Part shown: positions 43,990 through 55,107 of the stretch, in pieces
Position numbering within the stretch: the first letter of the stretch is position 1
Layout: the number at the start of each line of letters is the position of its first letter
NCBI GenBank assembly: GCA_019247455.1
Contig: JAFAOW010000173.1
Location: forward strand, 191 to 64,190
Length of the DNA: 64,000 nucleotides
DNA from: Acidobacteriota bacterium
GTDB lineage: Bacteria > Acidobacteriota > Blastocatellia > Pyrinomonadales > Pyrinomonadaceae
Reading direction: 5' to 3'
The notes under the pieces: model-generated
Told to the model about the DNA's origin: nothing
Database searches by the model: none
Seen by the model: the letters and a program-made list of their open reading frames with translations, nothing else
Translations under genes and position numbers: made by a program

Positions 43990-45123
43990 TTAATCCGCCT
44001 GCCGACGCATAAATGTGGGGACGTCTATATTCTCGACAGGCGGCAGATCGCCTGGAACGAACTTCGTGCCGACCGCCGCGGCGGCTTCGGCGTGAGGCTT
44101 GTGTACGGGGGCCTGGGCGGCCGTGTCGAACCCTGTGGCGATGACAGTGATGCGGATCTCGTCGTGCAAGTCCTCTTTGATCACGCTGCCCCAGATTATA
44201 TCGGCGTTGTCGTCGGCCTCTGACTCGATCAGTCCGATCGCATCCTCGACCTCGCCAAGCACCATATTAGGCCCGCCCGTCACATTGATAAGAGCGGCCT
44301 TCGCCCCCTTGATGGATTTTTCTTCCAGAAGCTTGTAATCCAGTGCCGCGCGCATCGCCTTTTGGGCCGCGTCCTCTCCCTCGCCTTTGCCGATGCCCAT
44401 TAGGGCAACGCCTTTCCCACGCATGACAGCGGTCACATCCGCAAAATCAAGGTTGATGATGCCCGGCGTCATGATCAGATCAGTGATACCGCGAACCGCC
44501 TGTAGCAGCACGTCGTCAGCACGCTTGAAAGCGTCCATGATCGTGATCTTTTCCTCAACCTCACGCAGCTTCGAGTTCGGAATGGTGATCAGCGTATCTA
44601 CGCATCCCCGCAATTCGGCCAGGCCCTGCTCGGCCTGTTTCATTCGCTTACGCCCCTCGACGTTAAAGGGTTTCGTAACAACAGCGACCGTAAGAGCTCC
44701 GAGCTCGATCGCGAGCGACGCAACGACTGGGGCCGCCCCAGTGCCGGTCCCTCCGCCAAGGCCCGAGGTGACAAACACCATGTCCGAGCCTTCGAGCACG
44801 TCGAGAAGTTTCTCCGTATCTTCAAGAGCAGCCGCACGCCCAACTTCAGGATTGGAACCGGCACCAAGACCCCGGGTCGATTTTGTACCCAGTTGTATTT
44901 TCATCGGCGCCTTCGAGGCGTTCAAGGCCTGAAGGTCTGTGTTCGCGACAATGAACTCGACACCTTTTATACCCGCGTCGATCATTCGATTCACAGCATT
45001 GCTGCCGCCGCCGCCCACACCGATGACCTTGATCCGCGCTCCTGTGATCGGCGGCTCGTCGATGAACATCTTTATGCCGTTACTGCTGGGTTGAAGGTCG
45101 TCCATTGAAATAAAGTTCCCCAT
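43990..45123 (-). CDS. ftsZ: cell division GTPase FtsZ
   Basis: Tubulin signature [10 protein letters not shown], the N-terminal block [17 protein letters not shown], and a C-terminal conserved peptide DVPTFMRRQ. Confidence 0.97.
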   Translation of the reverse strand: MGNFISMDDLQPSSNGIKMFIDEPPITGARIKVIGVGGGGSNAVNRMIDAGIKGVEFIVANTDLQALNASKAPMKIQLGTKSTRGLGAGSNPEVGRAAALEDTEKLLDVLEGSDMVFVTSGLGGGTGTGAAPVVASLAIELGALTVAVVTKPFNVEGRKRMKQAEQGLAELRGCVDTLITIPNSKLREVEEKITIMDAFKRADDVLLQAVRGITDLIMTPGIINLDFADVTAVMRGKGVALMGIGKGEGEDAAQKAMRAALDYKLLEEKSIKGAKAALINVTGGPNMVLGEVEDAIGLIESEADDNADIIWGSVIKEDLHDEIRITVIATGFDTAAQAPVHKPHAEAAAAVGTKFVPGDLPPVENIDVPTFMRRQAD

Positions 45124-45262
45124 AGCGGAAATTACAAAAACTCAAGCCTAGATGAGCGATTGATCGCGTCGCCCAAACACTAGAGCGACATAACAAGATA
45201 TTGTGCTACCGGCGAAAGAGCATACTACTCTTTGCGATAAGAATCCAGTCCGCGCGAAGATT

Positions 45263-46501
45263 TTATCGAAATTTGTCACGAAAATTTCCCAACCACTCCG
45301 CAACACGTTTTGCGGACGATTTTCCGTTCCCTGAACCATCCCGCAGTTGATTGCGCATCGAGATCAGAGCAAGGCCGGATGCAACGGCCCAATGCGGGCC
45401 CTGGATCTCGTCAGCGAGGCCGCCTACATAACTCGCTTCGAGAAAACCTACGCGCGTCGGCGCGTCAAAAACCTGTTCCGCGATCTCCGGCAGACCCCGC
45501 ACCATCGCACCGCCGCCAGTCAGAAAAACGCCGCCGGATATTTGGGCCTTCGCAGCGACGGTCTCGCGCGCCACATGCTGCATCAGCTCGACCGCTCTTG
45601 GCTGCATAATGTCGCAGAGGATCTCTTTGGAAAGCCCTCTAGTTTCGGCTCTTCCAAATGGGACGATTTCGATCACCTCTTCCCTCTCTTCATGATCCAG
45701 CAGAAAGGTCGCGACGCAGCCCCAGTTGTGCTTGATCTTGTTGGCCTCAGGGATCGAGACCCGCAGGCCGGTCGCAAGATCCTTAGTAAAGAGCATCCCG
45801 CCGAATGGAAAAACCGCTGTATGCTGCACGGCTCCTCGCCCGAATATCATCAGGCTGGTGATCTCTGATCCGATATTGACGACCGCGCAGCCGTATTCTT
45901 TGTCTTCATCCGTTAGAACGCTCTCAGCCGCGGCTAAGGGTTCGAGGATCAGTTGATCGACATCAATTCCTGCGCGCGTCACGGCCTTGACGAGGTTTTG
46001 CCGGGCCGCACTTGGACTTGTGACGATGTGTACAAGAGCTTCCAGGCGGGATCCATTCATCCCCACGGGCTCCGTGATCCCGTCCTGACCGTCAACGATA
46101 AATTCCTGCGGTAGGCGGCTCACGATCTCCCATCCCGGTGTCAATGTCAGGGCGCTGGCGGAATCGATCGCCCGCTCGATATCTTCATCCGTGATCTCTT
46201 TCTCCGCGCCGGCGACAGCGACGACACCGTTCTTGTTCTCACCACGAAGATGTTCCCCCGAGAGGTTGACGACGGCAGATTCGATCTCCAGGCCGCTCTG
46301 GCGTTCAGCCTCGCCGACCGCCTTCCTGATAGACTCAGCTACTGCTTCGGTCGATGTCACGACCCCTCGGCGAAGCCCTTTCGACTCCGCCTCGCCGACG
46401 CCGACGATGTTCATCCGGCCGTCCGGCGCGGGCTCACCGATCACGCACCGCACGCGGCTTGTTCCGATATCCAGCCCGATTGCCTGAATGTCGCTAGTCA
46501 T
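45263..46501 (-). CDS. ftsA: cell division protein FtsA
   Basis: Actin-fold blocks IGLDIGTSRVRCVIGE, VVNIGSEITSLMIF and VFLTGGGAMVRGL. It sits upstream of ftsZ. Confidence 0.95.
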   Translation of the reverse strand: MTSDIQAIGLDIGTSRVRCVIGEPAPDGRMNIVGVGEAESKGLRRGVVTSTEAVAESIRKAVGEAERQSGLEIESAVVNLSGEHLRGENKNGVVAVAGAEKEITDEDIERAIDSASALTLTPGWEIVSRLPQEFIVDGQDGITEPVGMNGSRLEALVHIVTSPSAARQNLVKAVTRAGIDVDQLILEPLAAAESVLTDEDKEYGCAVVNIGSEITSLMIFGRGAVQHTAVFPFGGMLFTKDLATGLRVSIPEANKIKHNWGCVATFLLDHEEREEVIEIVPFGRAETRGLSKEILCDIMQPRAVELMQHVARETVAAKAQISGGVFLTGGGAMVRGLPEIAEQVFDAPTRVGFLEASYVGGLADEIQGPHWAVASGLALISMRNQLRDGSGNGKSSAKRVAEWLGNFRDKFR

Positions 46502-46506
46502 GACAA

Positions 46507-47355
46507 TTAAAAATCCAAATACTCAATGACCGGATAGACCCCTTCCGCGTCTACCCCCTTGACCTTTGCCCCCTTGCCGGACAGCACCTCAAGTGCTGTT
46601 TTCAAGCTCTTTCCGAGATCGTCTTTTGCCAGAGTTATAGTGACCTGCCGGCCGGAATCCTCAACTATAGCGGTCGGTTGCCTGGGGTTGGTTAGGTCGA
46701 CCGATTTCACACGTGACAGCAGATCGAACTGCTTCCACTCCTCAAGCATTCTTTTATAAACCTTCAGGCGGGCGACATTATCCGTCATTGCCTTCTCACT
46801 CTTGGCCTCGTCCCACCCGGTTAGTGCAAAAGGAAAATCCCTTTCCTCGCCCTTGGCCGTACTGAGAATGGTGCCCTCTCCATCCACCAGGAAATCACCC
46901 GTCTTCAGGTGAACCGTCGCCGCAGGCACTCTCTCGACGATATCGACGCGAATTCCCGCCGGAAGCATGCGGGACAAGGCCGCGGTCTTTACAAACGGAA
47001 ACTTCTCGAGCTTAGCCTTTACATCTGCGAGATCCGCGTTCCAGACGCCGGATTTCTCCGTCTCGGTCGCGACAATTCGACGAATATCTTCAGAAGAGGT
47101 CCTCTGATTCCCCCGAATATCGATGCTTCTGACATGAAAGAAATCTGAGGCCGTGGCACTTTTGTACGCGGTGAATCCGAGGACCGAGAGGCATGCTAAC
47201 AGAATGCCGGAGATCATAAGCGGCAGCCCCAGACGACCAAAATTCCGCGCGATACCGCCGCCTCGCGAGCCGGCAGAGCGGCCGCCGCGGATCTTTACGG
47301 ATGAGGCTTTCTTGCGCGATGTATTTTTCTTCTTCGCCATAGAACTTCTAGGCAT
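46507..47355 (-). CDS. ftsQ: cell division protein FtsQ (POTRA domain)
   Basis: Basic N-terminus, TM helix LPLMISGILLACLSVLGFTAY, and a POTRA block FFHVRSIDIRGNQRTSSEDI. It lies between murC and ftsA. Confidence 0.88.
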   Translation of the reverse strand: MPRSSMAKKKNTSRKKASSVKIRGGRSAGSRGGGIARNFGRLGLPLMISGILLACLSVLGFTAYKSATASDFFHVRSIDIRGNQRTSSEDIRRIVATETEKSGVWNADLADVKAKLEKFPFVKTAALSRMLPAGIRVDIVERVPAATVHLKTGDFLVDGEGTILSTAKGEERDFPFALTGWDEAKSEKAMTDNVARLKVYKRMLEEWKQFDLLSRVKSVDLTNPRQPTAIVEDSGRQVTITLAKDDLGKSLKTALEVLSGKGAKVKGVDAEGVYPVIEYLDF

Positions 47356-48745
47356 TCACTCCAATATCTCTTAGTTCTTCGAGTATCTCTTCTGACAGAC
47401 CAGTAACGCTGCCTGCCCCCAAGGTGATCACGAGATCGCCCGAACGCAGCTCAGGACAAACCTTTTTCGCGGCCCCTGTCAGATCGCCGAGATAATAGAC
47501 GTTCTTGTGCCCGTACATCTGGATGTTGTGAGCAAGAGTTTCGGCGGTTATTCCTTCGATAGCTGACTCGCTCGCCGCGTAGATGTCGAGAAGAAAAAGA
47601 ACGTCGGCGTTGTTGAACGAAACAACAAAATCGCCCATCAGATCGCGTGTGCGTGAATATCGGTGAGGTTGAAATACGACGACGACCCGCCGACCGGCAG
47701 CAGCTTCTTTTGCGGCGGACAAGGTCGCCAGGATCTCTGTCGGATGATGGCCGTAATCGTCTATCACAGTAATTCCGTTTGCTTCTCCCTTGAACTGGAA
47801 TCTCCGATTCGCGTTCTTGAACATTTTGAACGCCTCGACTATCGTCTCGAAAGGAATATCCAATTCAAGGGCGACCGCTGTCGCCGCGAGGGCATTGTAA
47901 ACATTGTGCCTTCCGGGAACCGGCAGCATGATTTCGCCGATCTTCTCACCTCGTTGTGCGACCGAGAACATCGACCCGAAGGCATCGTTATATCTGATGT
48001 CTGAAGCAGAGACATCAGCCTGGGCGGTCAAGCCATATGTGATGCGCCGCCTTTTTAGTTTTGGGATCAGCAGTTGGACATTCGGATCATCGAGGCAGAT
48101 CACCGCTGCTCCATAGAAAGGAACCTTGTTTACGAAATCGGTGAAGCACTGAACTACATCATCCATCCCCTTGTACGACTCCATGTGCTCCTTATCGATG
48201 TTGGTGACGACACCTATCGTGGGATTTAGCATCAGGAATGAACGGTCGCTTTCATCGGCCTCGGTCACAAACCAATCAGACTGCCCCAATCGCGCATTTG
48301 AGCCAAGCGTATCCACGACGCCCCCAACGACCGTGGTCGGATCGTAACCCGCGTGCCCCAGGAGCGTCGCGATCATGGAAGTTGTCGACGTCTTGCCATG
48401 TGTGCCGGAGACGGCGATGCGATAGGGACGAAGTGTCATCAGCTCGGCAAGCATTTCGGCCCGCGGTATGACGGGAATGCTCTTGGACTTTGCGGCGATC
48501 ACTTCCGGGTTTGTTTCCTTGACTGCCGATGAATACACAACCACCTGGGCATCGCCTATATTCTCGGCCTGGTGCCCTTCGTAGATCTTTACGTTGAAGA
48601 GCGTTTCGAGACGGTCCGTGTTCTTAGATCGCTTTGCGTCCGAACCCGACACTGAAAAGTGCAAATTACACAGCACCTCGGCGATGCCGCTCATGCCTAT
48701 GCCGCCGATCCCAATAAAGTGAATTCGCTTTACGTGTCTAAACAT
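47348..48745 (-). CDS. murC: UDP-N-acetylmuramate--L-alanine ligase
   Basis: Blocks IHFIGIGGIGMSGIAEVL, GTHGKTSTTSM and DDYGHHPTEI. Confidence 0.95.
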   Translation of the reverse strand: MFRHVKRIHFIGIGGIGMSGIAEVLCNLHFSVSGSDAKRSKNTDRLETLFNVKIYEGHQAENIGDAQVVVYSSAVKETNPEVIAAKSKSIPVIPRAEMLAELMTLRPYRIAVSGTHGKTSTTSMIATLLGHAGYDPTTVVGGVVDTLGSNARLGQSDWFVTEADESDRSFLMLNPTIGVVTNIDKEHMESYKGMDDVVQCFTDFVNKVPFYGAAVICLDDPNVQLLIPKLKRRRITYGLTAQADVSASDIRYNDAFGSMFSVAQRGEKIGEIMLPVPGRHNVYNALAATAVALELDIPFETIVEAFKMFKNANRRFQFKGEANGITVIDDYGHHPTEILATLSAAKEAAAGRRVVVVFQPHRYSRTRDLMGDFVVSFNNADVLFLLDIYAASESAIEGITAETLAHNIQMYGHKNVYYLGDLTGAAKKVCPELRSGDLVITLGAGSVTGLSEEILEELRDIGVNA

Positions 48746-49820
48746 TGAGTTTTAGCTCCTCAATAAGGTCAACCGTTGCTTGGGCAGCGTCTTCGCGAGC
48801 CATGACCTTTGCGGAATCTTCCATCGCGGTGATCGCGTCAGGCGAATCGATCAATTTCTCGATCTCGGTGGCGAGAACGTCGCCGGTAAGATCAGCCTGC
48901 AAGATCATTCGGGCAGCCCCGGCAGCCACCAAGGCCTCTGCGTTCTTACGCTGATGATCATCCGCTGCGGTCGGCAGCGGGATCATGATCGACGCCTTTC
49001 CGGCTGCCGCCAGCTCTGCGCAGGTTGTCGCTCCTGCACGGCAGATCACAAGGTCGCTCTTTCCAAATTCGACAAATATATCTGAAATAAAGGGCCGCAC
49101 GTCTGCGTTTGCAAAGTCCGAATTCGAGTATGCCGTCATTACTGTTTCCAGATCGGCTTCACCGGTCTGATGCGTGATCGAAAGCCGGTCTTTGAATTTT
49201 GCGAGACGCGGCAGAGCGTCGATCATTGCATTGTTGATCGCCCGCGAACCCTGGGATCCGCCGAATATCAAAATGTGCGATGCCGCTTCCCTCACCTTGC
49301 GCGGGATCTCAAAGAATTCCTGCCTGACGGGATTGCCCGTCACCACTCCTTTCTTGCCGAAAAACGGAAGCGCCGCCTCGAATGTCAGCGCCGCCTTATC
49401 AACAAACCGGGCGAGCCGGCGATTCGTGAATCCAGGCAGCGCGTTCGAGTCCATAACAAGCGTGGGCACGCCCATGATCGCTGCCATCATCAATACGGGC
49501 CCGGAAACGTAACCGCCTGCACCAACGACCACGTGCGGGCGAAACTGCCGAATGATCGCCCTCGCCTCCAAAAAGCTTTTCGGCAGCAGCGTGAAGCCCT
49601 TTATCTTCCCTACGAGCCCGACATTCTTCAGCCCGGCGCTGTTGATCAGCGACAACTGAAAGCCGTTATCCGGAACGATCTTCTTCTCGAGCCCCTTCGC
49701 TGTTCCAACAAATAGGATCTCAGACGCCGGATCGCGTCTCATGACTTCCTTAGCGACCGCAACACCGGGATATATATGTCCGCCCGTACCGCCGGCTGCT
49801 ATGAGTACTTTCATCGGCAT
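48738..49820 (-). CDS. murG: undecaprenyldiphospho-muramoylpentapeptide beta-N-acetylglucosaminyltransferase
   Basis: GGTGGHIYPG near the N-terminus, and the C-terminal blocks GGSQGS and RAGATTCAEL...HQ..NA. Confidence 0.95.
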   Translation of the reverse strand: MPMKVLIAAGGTGGHIYPGVAVAKEVMRRDPASEILFVGTAKGLEKKIVPDNGFQLSLINSAGLKNVGLVGKIKGFTLLPKSFLEARAIIRQFRPHVVVGAGGYVSGPVLMMAAIMGVPTLVMDSNALPGFTNRRLARFVDKAALTFEAALPFFGKKGVVTGNPVRQEFFEIPRKVREAASHILIFGGSQGSRAINNAMIDALPRLAKFKDRLSITHQTGEADLETVMTAYSNSDFANADVRPFISDIFVEFGKSDLVICRAGATTCAELAAAGKASIMIPLPTAADDHQRKNAEALVAAGAARMILQADLTGDVLATEIEKLIDSPDAITAMEDSAKVMAREDAAQATVDLIEELKLNV

Positions 49821-50971
49821 TACGCGGGCCTCCTTCGTCGAGTTTGCGCAGCCGATCGGGCGGGTGCTAACGAACTCGCTTCGGCAAATCGCGAGATACT
49901 CAACAGCACGCCAACTCCCATTAGCGTGACCACCACAGACGAACCCCCGTATGAAATGAACGGCAGTGGGATGCCTTTTGCGGGCAGGATGGAGGTAACG
50001 ACGCTTATGTTGAAAAGCGCTTGTACAATGATCCCGGTAATGACGCCGATACCAAGCAGATTGCCAAATCGGTCAGGCGCCATGATCGCTGCTCTCGCTC
50101 CACGCCACAGCAGAAAACCAAACGCCAGCACCACGACCAAGGTACCGACCAAACCTAGCTCTTCACCGACGACAGAAAAGATAAAGTCCGAGTAGGGGTA
50201 CGGTAGGTAAAAGAGTTTTTGATGCCCTTGAGCAAATCCCTTACCGAGCACGCCGCCCGAGCCGATCGCGTATAAGGACTGGACAACCTGATACCCTTCA
50301 TCGTCCGCGTACTTGTACGGGTCGAGAAATGCCATCAGCCGCGCCACGCGCCAGGGAGCGAAAAAGATCGCGCCCGCTCCGATAACGACCATCGCGGCCG
50401 CCACCGTCCCAATGTGTACAAGCCGCGCACCTGCGGAAAAATAGACTGCTGAGAAGATCGCGCATAAGACGATGGTCGTACCAAGATCTTTCTCCAGGAA
50501 CACGAGTCCGGCCAACAGCCCCGCACCCGCGATGCAGGGCAGTACGGTTTTCATCAGGTCGCCCACGGATTCTTCTTTCTTTGTGAGGTAGTACGCAAGG
50601 AAGATCGGAAGGGCGATCTTCGCCAGCTCAGAAGGCTGGAACGAGAATCCGCCGAATCTGATCCACCTTCTAGCTCCGTTGATCTCGGGAAAGGCGAAGA
50701 CTGCGATGAGCAAAACGCAGGCGACGGCAACGATCCCGTAAACGATCCACTGCTTCTGCAGGATGTGATAATCAACGCGGCTGACAGCGTACATCATCGC
50801 TAGCCCAAGCATCGTAAAGCCCATCTGCTTGTAGAAGTACGTGAACTGGCTGGCGCTGTCGGTCTCCTTGAGAGAGAACATCGCGGATGCGCTATAGACC
50901 ATCATCGCGCCGAACAGCGCAAGCGCTGCCGCGATCCCGAACATTAGCCAATCCATGCGTCTCTCTTCCAT
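49820..50971 (-). CDS. ftsW: SEDS-family peptidoglycan glycosyltransferase FtsW
   Basis: Ten-TM SEDS pattern with QPSELAKI, PDLGT-like KDLGTT, GLGQG-like GKGFAQG and LPAKGIPLPFISYGGSS. Its position in the dcw cluster supports FtsW. Confidence 0.93.
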   Translation of the reverse strand: MEERRMDWLMFGIAAALALFGAMMVYSASAMFSLKETDSASQFTYFYKQMGFTMLGLAMMYAVSRVDYHILQKQWIVYGIVAVACVLLIAVFAFPEINGARRWIRFGGFSFQPSELAKIALPIFLAYYLTKKEESVGDLMKTVLPCIAGAGLLAGLVFLEKDLGTTIVLCAIFSAVYFSAGARLVHIGTVAAAMVVIGAGAIFFAPWRVARLMAFLDPYKYADDEGYQVVQSLYAIGSGGVLGKGFAQGHQKLFYLPYPYSDFIFSVVGEELGLVGTLVVVLAFGFLLWRGARAAIMAPDRFGNLLGIGVITGIIVQALFNISVVTSILPAKGIPLPFISYGGSSVVVTLMGVGVLLSISRFAEASSLAPARSAAQTRRRRPA

Positions 50972-50983
50972 AAGAACCCCTCC

Positions 50984-52390
50984 CTACGAAACCGGGGTCC
51001 CCGCCGCTTCGGCGGACGGGGTGGTTCTCTCCTTAAGCTCCGCGACGGCGCGTTTGAACACTGTTCCTCTCTCTTCAAAACTCCTGAACATATCGAAGCT
51101 CGCGCATGCCGGAGCAAGCAGCACAGAGTCCCCTTTCTGCGCGGAAGCGAATCCTCTCTCCACCGCATCTTCCACGGAGGTGGCTCGAATGATCTCTGCG
51201 TAACCTTTTAACTGCTCCTCGATGTTGTCGCCATCCTCGCCCAGAACGACCAATGCACGGACCGATCGCTCGATCAGCGGGATCAATGGGGCATACGGGG
51301 CATTCTTACCACGCCCCCCCAAGATGAGGATCGTCTTACCTCTTTCCTCGCTCAGGGCCTCGAGAGCTTTGGATGTCGCGTCAACCGACGTCGCCTTCGA
51401 ATCGTTATAGAACTTCACGCCATCTATCTCCGCTACGAACTCAATGCGGTGCTCGACGCCTTTGAAGTTAGCAACTGTTTCCCGCATCGACTCCGGCGAG
51501 GCTCCGCATGCGAGGCCGGCGGCAAGTGCGGCGAGGACGTTCTCTACGTTATGCAAGCCTCGAAGGAATATTTCCTCGCGAGTGGTCAGAGTGCGTTCTT
51601 TCCCGTTCGACCGGCATACAAGATCCCTCTCGCGCAGGAAAAGCCCCTCATCCAATTCCTTTCGAATGCTGAACATCACAACATTCGCCTTCAGTCCGGG
51701 TCCCCAATCGGCTGTGATCTCATCGTCGGCATTGAGGACAGCAACATCCTCGGCCGTCTGGTTCATAAAGAGGCGATGCTTAGCCGCCGCGTAATCCTTA
51801 AATCCTTCGTAACGATCGAGATGATTTGGCGTAACGTTCAGGCACAATCCTACACTCGGCCGAAAATCAACAATGGTTTCGAGTTGAAAGCTGGACAGTT
51901 CAGCGACCGTCCACCCGTCGTCGCGAGAGGTTTCGGTCAGGCTCAGGAGGGGAGTACCGATGTTGCCGCCTACCTGAGTCGGAATTCCTGAATTTGCGAG
52001 AAGCTCGCCGATGAGTGCCGTTGTCGTCGTCTTGCCATTCGAGCCGGTAATACCGACGATACGGCCTTTCATAAAGCGGTACGCGAGTTCGACTTCGCCG
52101 ATGACCTCTCCGTCCTTGCGATCCACATATCGCGCCGGAATAGTATTCGTCGGAACCCCGGGCGAGATTACGACCAGATCGATCTGATCGAGCAGCCATG
52201 ACGGGATGTCGCCCGAGATCAGCCCGATGCCATTTGCCTCCTTCAGGGCTCGGGCGGATGCAGGCCATTCCTCGACTGGTTTCTTATCATGCAAAGCGAC
52301 CGTCGCACCGCGCTCGGCGAGAAAGCGGGCCGATTCGATGCCGGACTTTCCGGCACCCAAAACTAAAGATTTCCTTCCCTCTATCTTCAA
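50984..52390 (-). CDS. murD: UDP-N-acetylmuramoylalanine--D-glutamate ligase
   Basis: Blocks LVLGAGKSGIESARFL, GITGSNGKTTTT and DSKATSVDA. Confidence 0.95.
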   Translation of the reverse strand: MKIEGRKSLVLGAGKSGIESARFLAERGATVALHDKKPVEEWPASARALKEANGIGLISGDIPSWLLDQIDLVVISPGVPTNTIPARYVDRKDGEVIGEVELAYRFMKGRIVGITGSNGKTTTTALIGELLANSGIPTQVGGNIGTPLLSLTETSRDDGWTVAELSSFQLETIVDFRPSVGLCLNVTPNHLDRYEGFKDYAAAKHRLFMNQTAEDVAVLNADDEITADWGPGLKANVVMFSIRKELDEGLFLRERDLVCRSNGKERTLTTREEIFLRGLHNVENVLAALAAGLACGASPESMRETVANFKGVEHRIEFVAEIDGVKFYNDSKATSVDATSKALEALSEERGKTILILGGRGKNAPYAPLIPLIERSVRALVVLGEDGDNIEEQLKGYAEIIRATSVEDAVERGFASAQKGDSVLLAPACASFDMFRSFEERGTVFKRAVAELKERTTPSAEAAGTPVS

Positions 52391-52437
52391 GTTTTTCTTC
52401 TTCTCTGTGTTCCGCGTCTCGGCGGTAAACCCCTTTC

Positions 52438-53580
52438 TTAACGAAGCTTTAGTGTCGACAAACTCAACAACGCGAACAATATCGCCACGATGACGAATCG
52501 AAACACGATCTTCGGTTCCTTCCAGCCCGAGATCTCGAAATGATGATGCAGCGGAGTCATGCGAAAAACACGTTTGCCTGGCCGTCCTCCGCGTTTTGTG
52601 ATCTTGAATACGGCCACCTGAAGCATCACAGACAGCGCCTCAAGAATGAATACGCCGCCAATGAACGGCAAGAGGAACTCTTGTTTGGTCAGGATAGCGA
52701 CTGTGCCTATTGCTCCGCCTATCGCCAGGCTTCCGACATCGCCCATAAAAACGCTCGCGGGCGGCGAGTTGTACCATAAAAACCCCAGACTCGCTCCGAC
52801 CATCGCCCCGCAGAAAACTGTCAGTTCCGCGGCCGCCGGTGTATGCGTAATATCAAGGATCTCGGCCCAGCGTCCGTCACTTGCGAGATAGGTCAATCCC
52901 GTTAAAGCCGACATTGCGATAAAAGTAACACTTGACGCGAGGCCGTCGAGTCCATCCGTCAAATTCACCGCATTCGAGGAGCCTAGGAGAATAAAGATCG
53001 TGAAGACAAGGTAAATGATCGGCCCCACATAACTGATTCCGTTTACTTCCGCCGTCGCCTTAAAGAAAGGAATGCTGATGTTCCATGGATAATTGCTCCA
53101 GAGATATAAAACGCCCCAAACGGCGACAGCTGTGATCAACTGACCTGCGAGTTTCTGCTTACCGGTCAGCCCGAGGCTGCGGCGCTTGACGATCTTGATG
53201 TAGTCGTCGATGCCGCCGACGATCGCGAAGAGCGTTGTGGCTCCCAAGGCTATCCAGAGGTACAAACTGTCAGGACGGGCCCAAAGGATCGTCGAAATAA
53301 AGACGGAACCGATAATAAGCACGCCGCCCATTGTCGGGGTGCCGCGTTTCTCATGATGCGACGCCGGCCCCTCCTCACGTATCTCCTGACCGAACTTTAG
53401 GTCTGCGAGCTTTTTGATCACCTTATTCCCGAGCAGAAGCGAGATCAGGAGCGCAGTGATCGCGGCAAGCGCCGTGCGAAAAGTAACGTACTGAATTACG
53501 TTGAGGCCTTTGAAAAAATAGGACTCGCTGTTTCTTCCGTACTGCTGGAAAACGAACTGGTATAAGAAGTAATAAAGCAT
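52438..53580 (-). CDS. mraY: phospho-N-acetylmuramoyl-pentapeptide transferase
   Basis: Blocks [32 protein letters not shown] and PLHHHFE. Confidence 0.96.
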   Translation of the reverse strand: MLYYFLYQFVFQQYGRNSESYFFKGLNVIQYVTFRTALAAITALLISLLLGNKVIKKLADLKFGQEIREEGPASHHEKRGTPTMGGVLIIGSVFISTILWARPDSLYLWIALGATTLFAIVGGIDDYIKIVKRRSLGLTGKQKLAGQLITAVAVWGVLYLWSNYPWNISIPFFKATAEVNGISYVGPIIYLVFTIFILLGSSNAVNLTDGLDGLASSVTFIAMSALTGLTYLASDGRWAEILDITHTPAAAELTVFCGAMVGASLGFLWYNSPPASVFMGDVGSLAIGGAIGTVAILTKQEFLLPFIGGVFILEALSVMLQVAVFKITKRGGRPGKRVFRMTPLHHHFEISGWKEPKIVFRFVIVAILFALLSLSTLKLR

Positions 53581-53631
53581 CGCGTTCTATGTTGGCGGAC
53601 CAGGGGCCCGCAAATGCTCACTCCCCTTTTC

Positions 53632-55107
53632 TTAGGCTCTCGCCCCCGCCTGCGGCCTCTCCAGCTCGAAGCGTTCCAACAACCGTTCAATGACCTTTTC
53701 GGTGCGCACGCCGCGCGACCCCTTTACAAGAACTACGTCCCCTGGTTTTACGATCGCGGCAACTCGCTCTGCGGCGGCCGACGAATCTTCTGCGAATTCA
53801 GCCGCTTCGAGGCCGGCAACTTTGGACGCGTCGACGAGTTCGGATGCGAGACCTCGGACCCCGATCAGAATATCGATTCCGGAATCTCCGATGCGCGCGC
53901 CGACGGCGCGGTGCATCGCAACCTCTTCTTCCCCTAACTCCAGCATCTCGCCCACAACAGCGATCTTACGCTCGCTCGAGTCGCTGCCCTCGATCAGCGT
54001 ATTGATCATCGACATCAGGGCGTCCGGATTCGAGTTATACGAATCGTTTATCACAGTGAATCCGTCAGCGAACCTTAGCACTTCGCCCCGCTGCGCGGGA
54101 GCGGCAACCGTGTTCAATCTCACAGCAATATCTTCCGCGGACATGCCGAATCGCGTTGCGACTGCTGCCGCAGCAAGTGAATTCAAGATATTGTGGCGGC
54201 CGTTCAGCGAGGACGTGACCTCCGCGCGATCATCTCCTATCACAAGCGTGAATTTCGTCTCGCCGAATCTTTCAAACCGGATATTTTCTGCCCTGACGTC
54301 GGCGGGATTCTGAATGCCGAATGTCACGGAATGGCTTTTGCTCAGCCAATGCATTTCCGCTACTCGCACATCATCCGCGTTAAGCACGGCGGTGCCGCCA
54401 GGTTTCATTCCCTCGACGATCTCCGCTTTCGCCTTTGCGACATCCTCGATCGAGCCGAGGTGCTCCACATGGACGGGGAGAACGTTCAGCACTACCGAAA
54501 TATCGGGCGGGACTATCTTGCAAAGGCGTGCGATCTCGTTGTGCGGCGTGGACATTCCCATTTCAAGAACAGCGACGTCGTAATTCTCGTCGCTTGCGAG
54601 GTCCATCAGCGTCAGCGGCAAGCCGATCCCGTTGTTGTAATTCTTGACGTTCTTCAATACACGCCGCCCGCCTGACGTGAGTACGTGTGCGGTTAGCTCA
54701 CGCGCCGTTGTTTTGCCGGCACTTCCTGTGATGGCTACCACCGGCCTGCCCCAATGCTCATAGATCCCGTGAGCGAGCCGCTGAAAGGCCGCGATCACGT
54801 CGTCGACAAAAACGAACCGCTTCTCGTACTTTCCAAGCACTTCCCGGTGTTCTTCAAACCGGTCTCGCCGTACCACACATGCGGCTGCACCCGAATCAAA
54901 AGCCGCAGCGGCATAACGCGTCGAATCCGCGAAATCTCCGTTAAAGCAGTTGTTCTTGAACTCAGGTTGGGACAGGGCAAAAAACATGCCGCCGGGCCGA
55001 ATTTCGCGAGAGTCAATCGCAAATGAACCCACTTCGCTCGAAAGCAAAGCGGGGTCAAGCGTCGCCTCTGCCGGCTGCATGTATTTGATCACGGTCTCAA
55101 GTTTCAA
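53632..55107 (-). CDS. murF: UDP-N-acetylmuramoyl-tripeptide--D-alanyl-D-alanine ligase
   Basis: Blocks ITGSAGKTT, NYNNGIGLPLTL, GRHNILNSLAAAA, INDSYNSNPDAL and VKGSRG align with E. coli MurF blocks (SSGKTS, NLNNDIGVP, GRHNIANALAA, DDSYNAN, VKGSRS). There is no MurE-type DNPR motif. Confidence 0.9.
   Translation of the reverse strand: MKLETVIKYMQPAEATLDPALLSSEVGSFAIDSREIRPGGMFFALSQPEFKNNCFNGDFADSTRYAAAAFDSGAAACVVRRDRFEEHREVLGKYEKRFVFVDDVIAAFQRLAHGIYEHWGRPVVAITGSAGKTTARELTAHVLTSGGRRVLKNVKNYNNGIGLPLTLMDLASDENYDVAVLEMGMSTPHNEIARLCKIVPPDISVVLNVLPVHVEHLGSIEDVAKAKAEIVEGMKPGGTAVLNADDVRVAEMHWLSKSHSVTFGIQNPADVRAENIRFERFGETKFTLVIGDDRAEVTSSLNGRHNILNSLAAAAVATRFGMSAEDIAVRLNTVAAPAQRGEVLRFADGFTVINDSYNSNPDALMSMINTLIEGSDSSERKIAVVGEMLELGEEEVAMHRAVGARIGDSGIDILIGVRGLASELVDASKVAGLEAAEFAEDSSAAAERVAAIVKPGDVVLVKGSRGVRTEKVIERLLERFELERPQAGARA

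Noticed and set aside
53632-55107. Possibility that the Mur ligase gene following ftsI is murE, its canonical neighbour.
   Set aside because: The motifs match MurF (ITGSAGKTT, NNGIGLPLTL, DSYNSNP, VKGSRG). The MurE-specific DNPR motif and YAHTPDAL block are absent.
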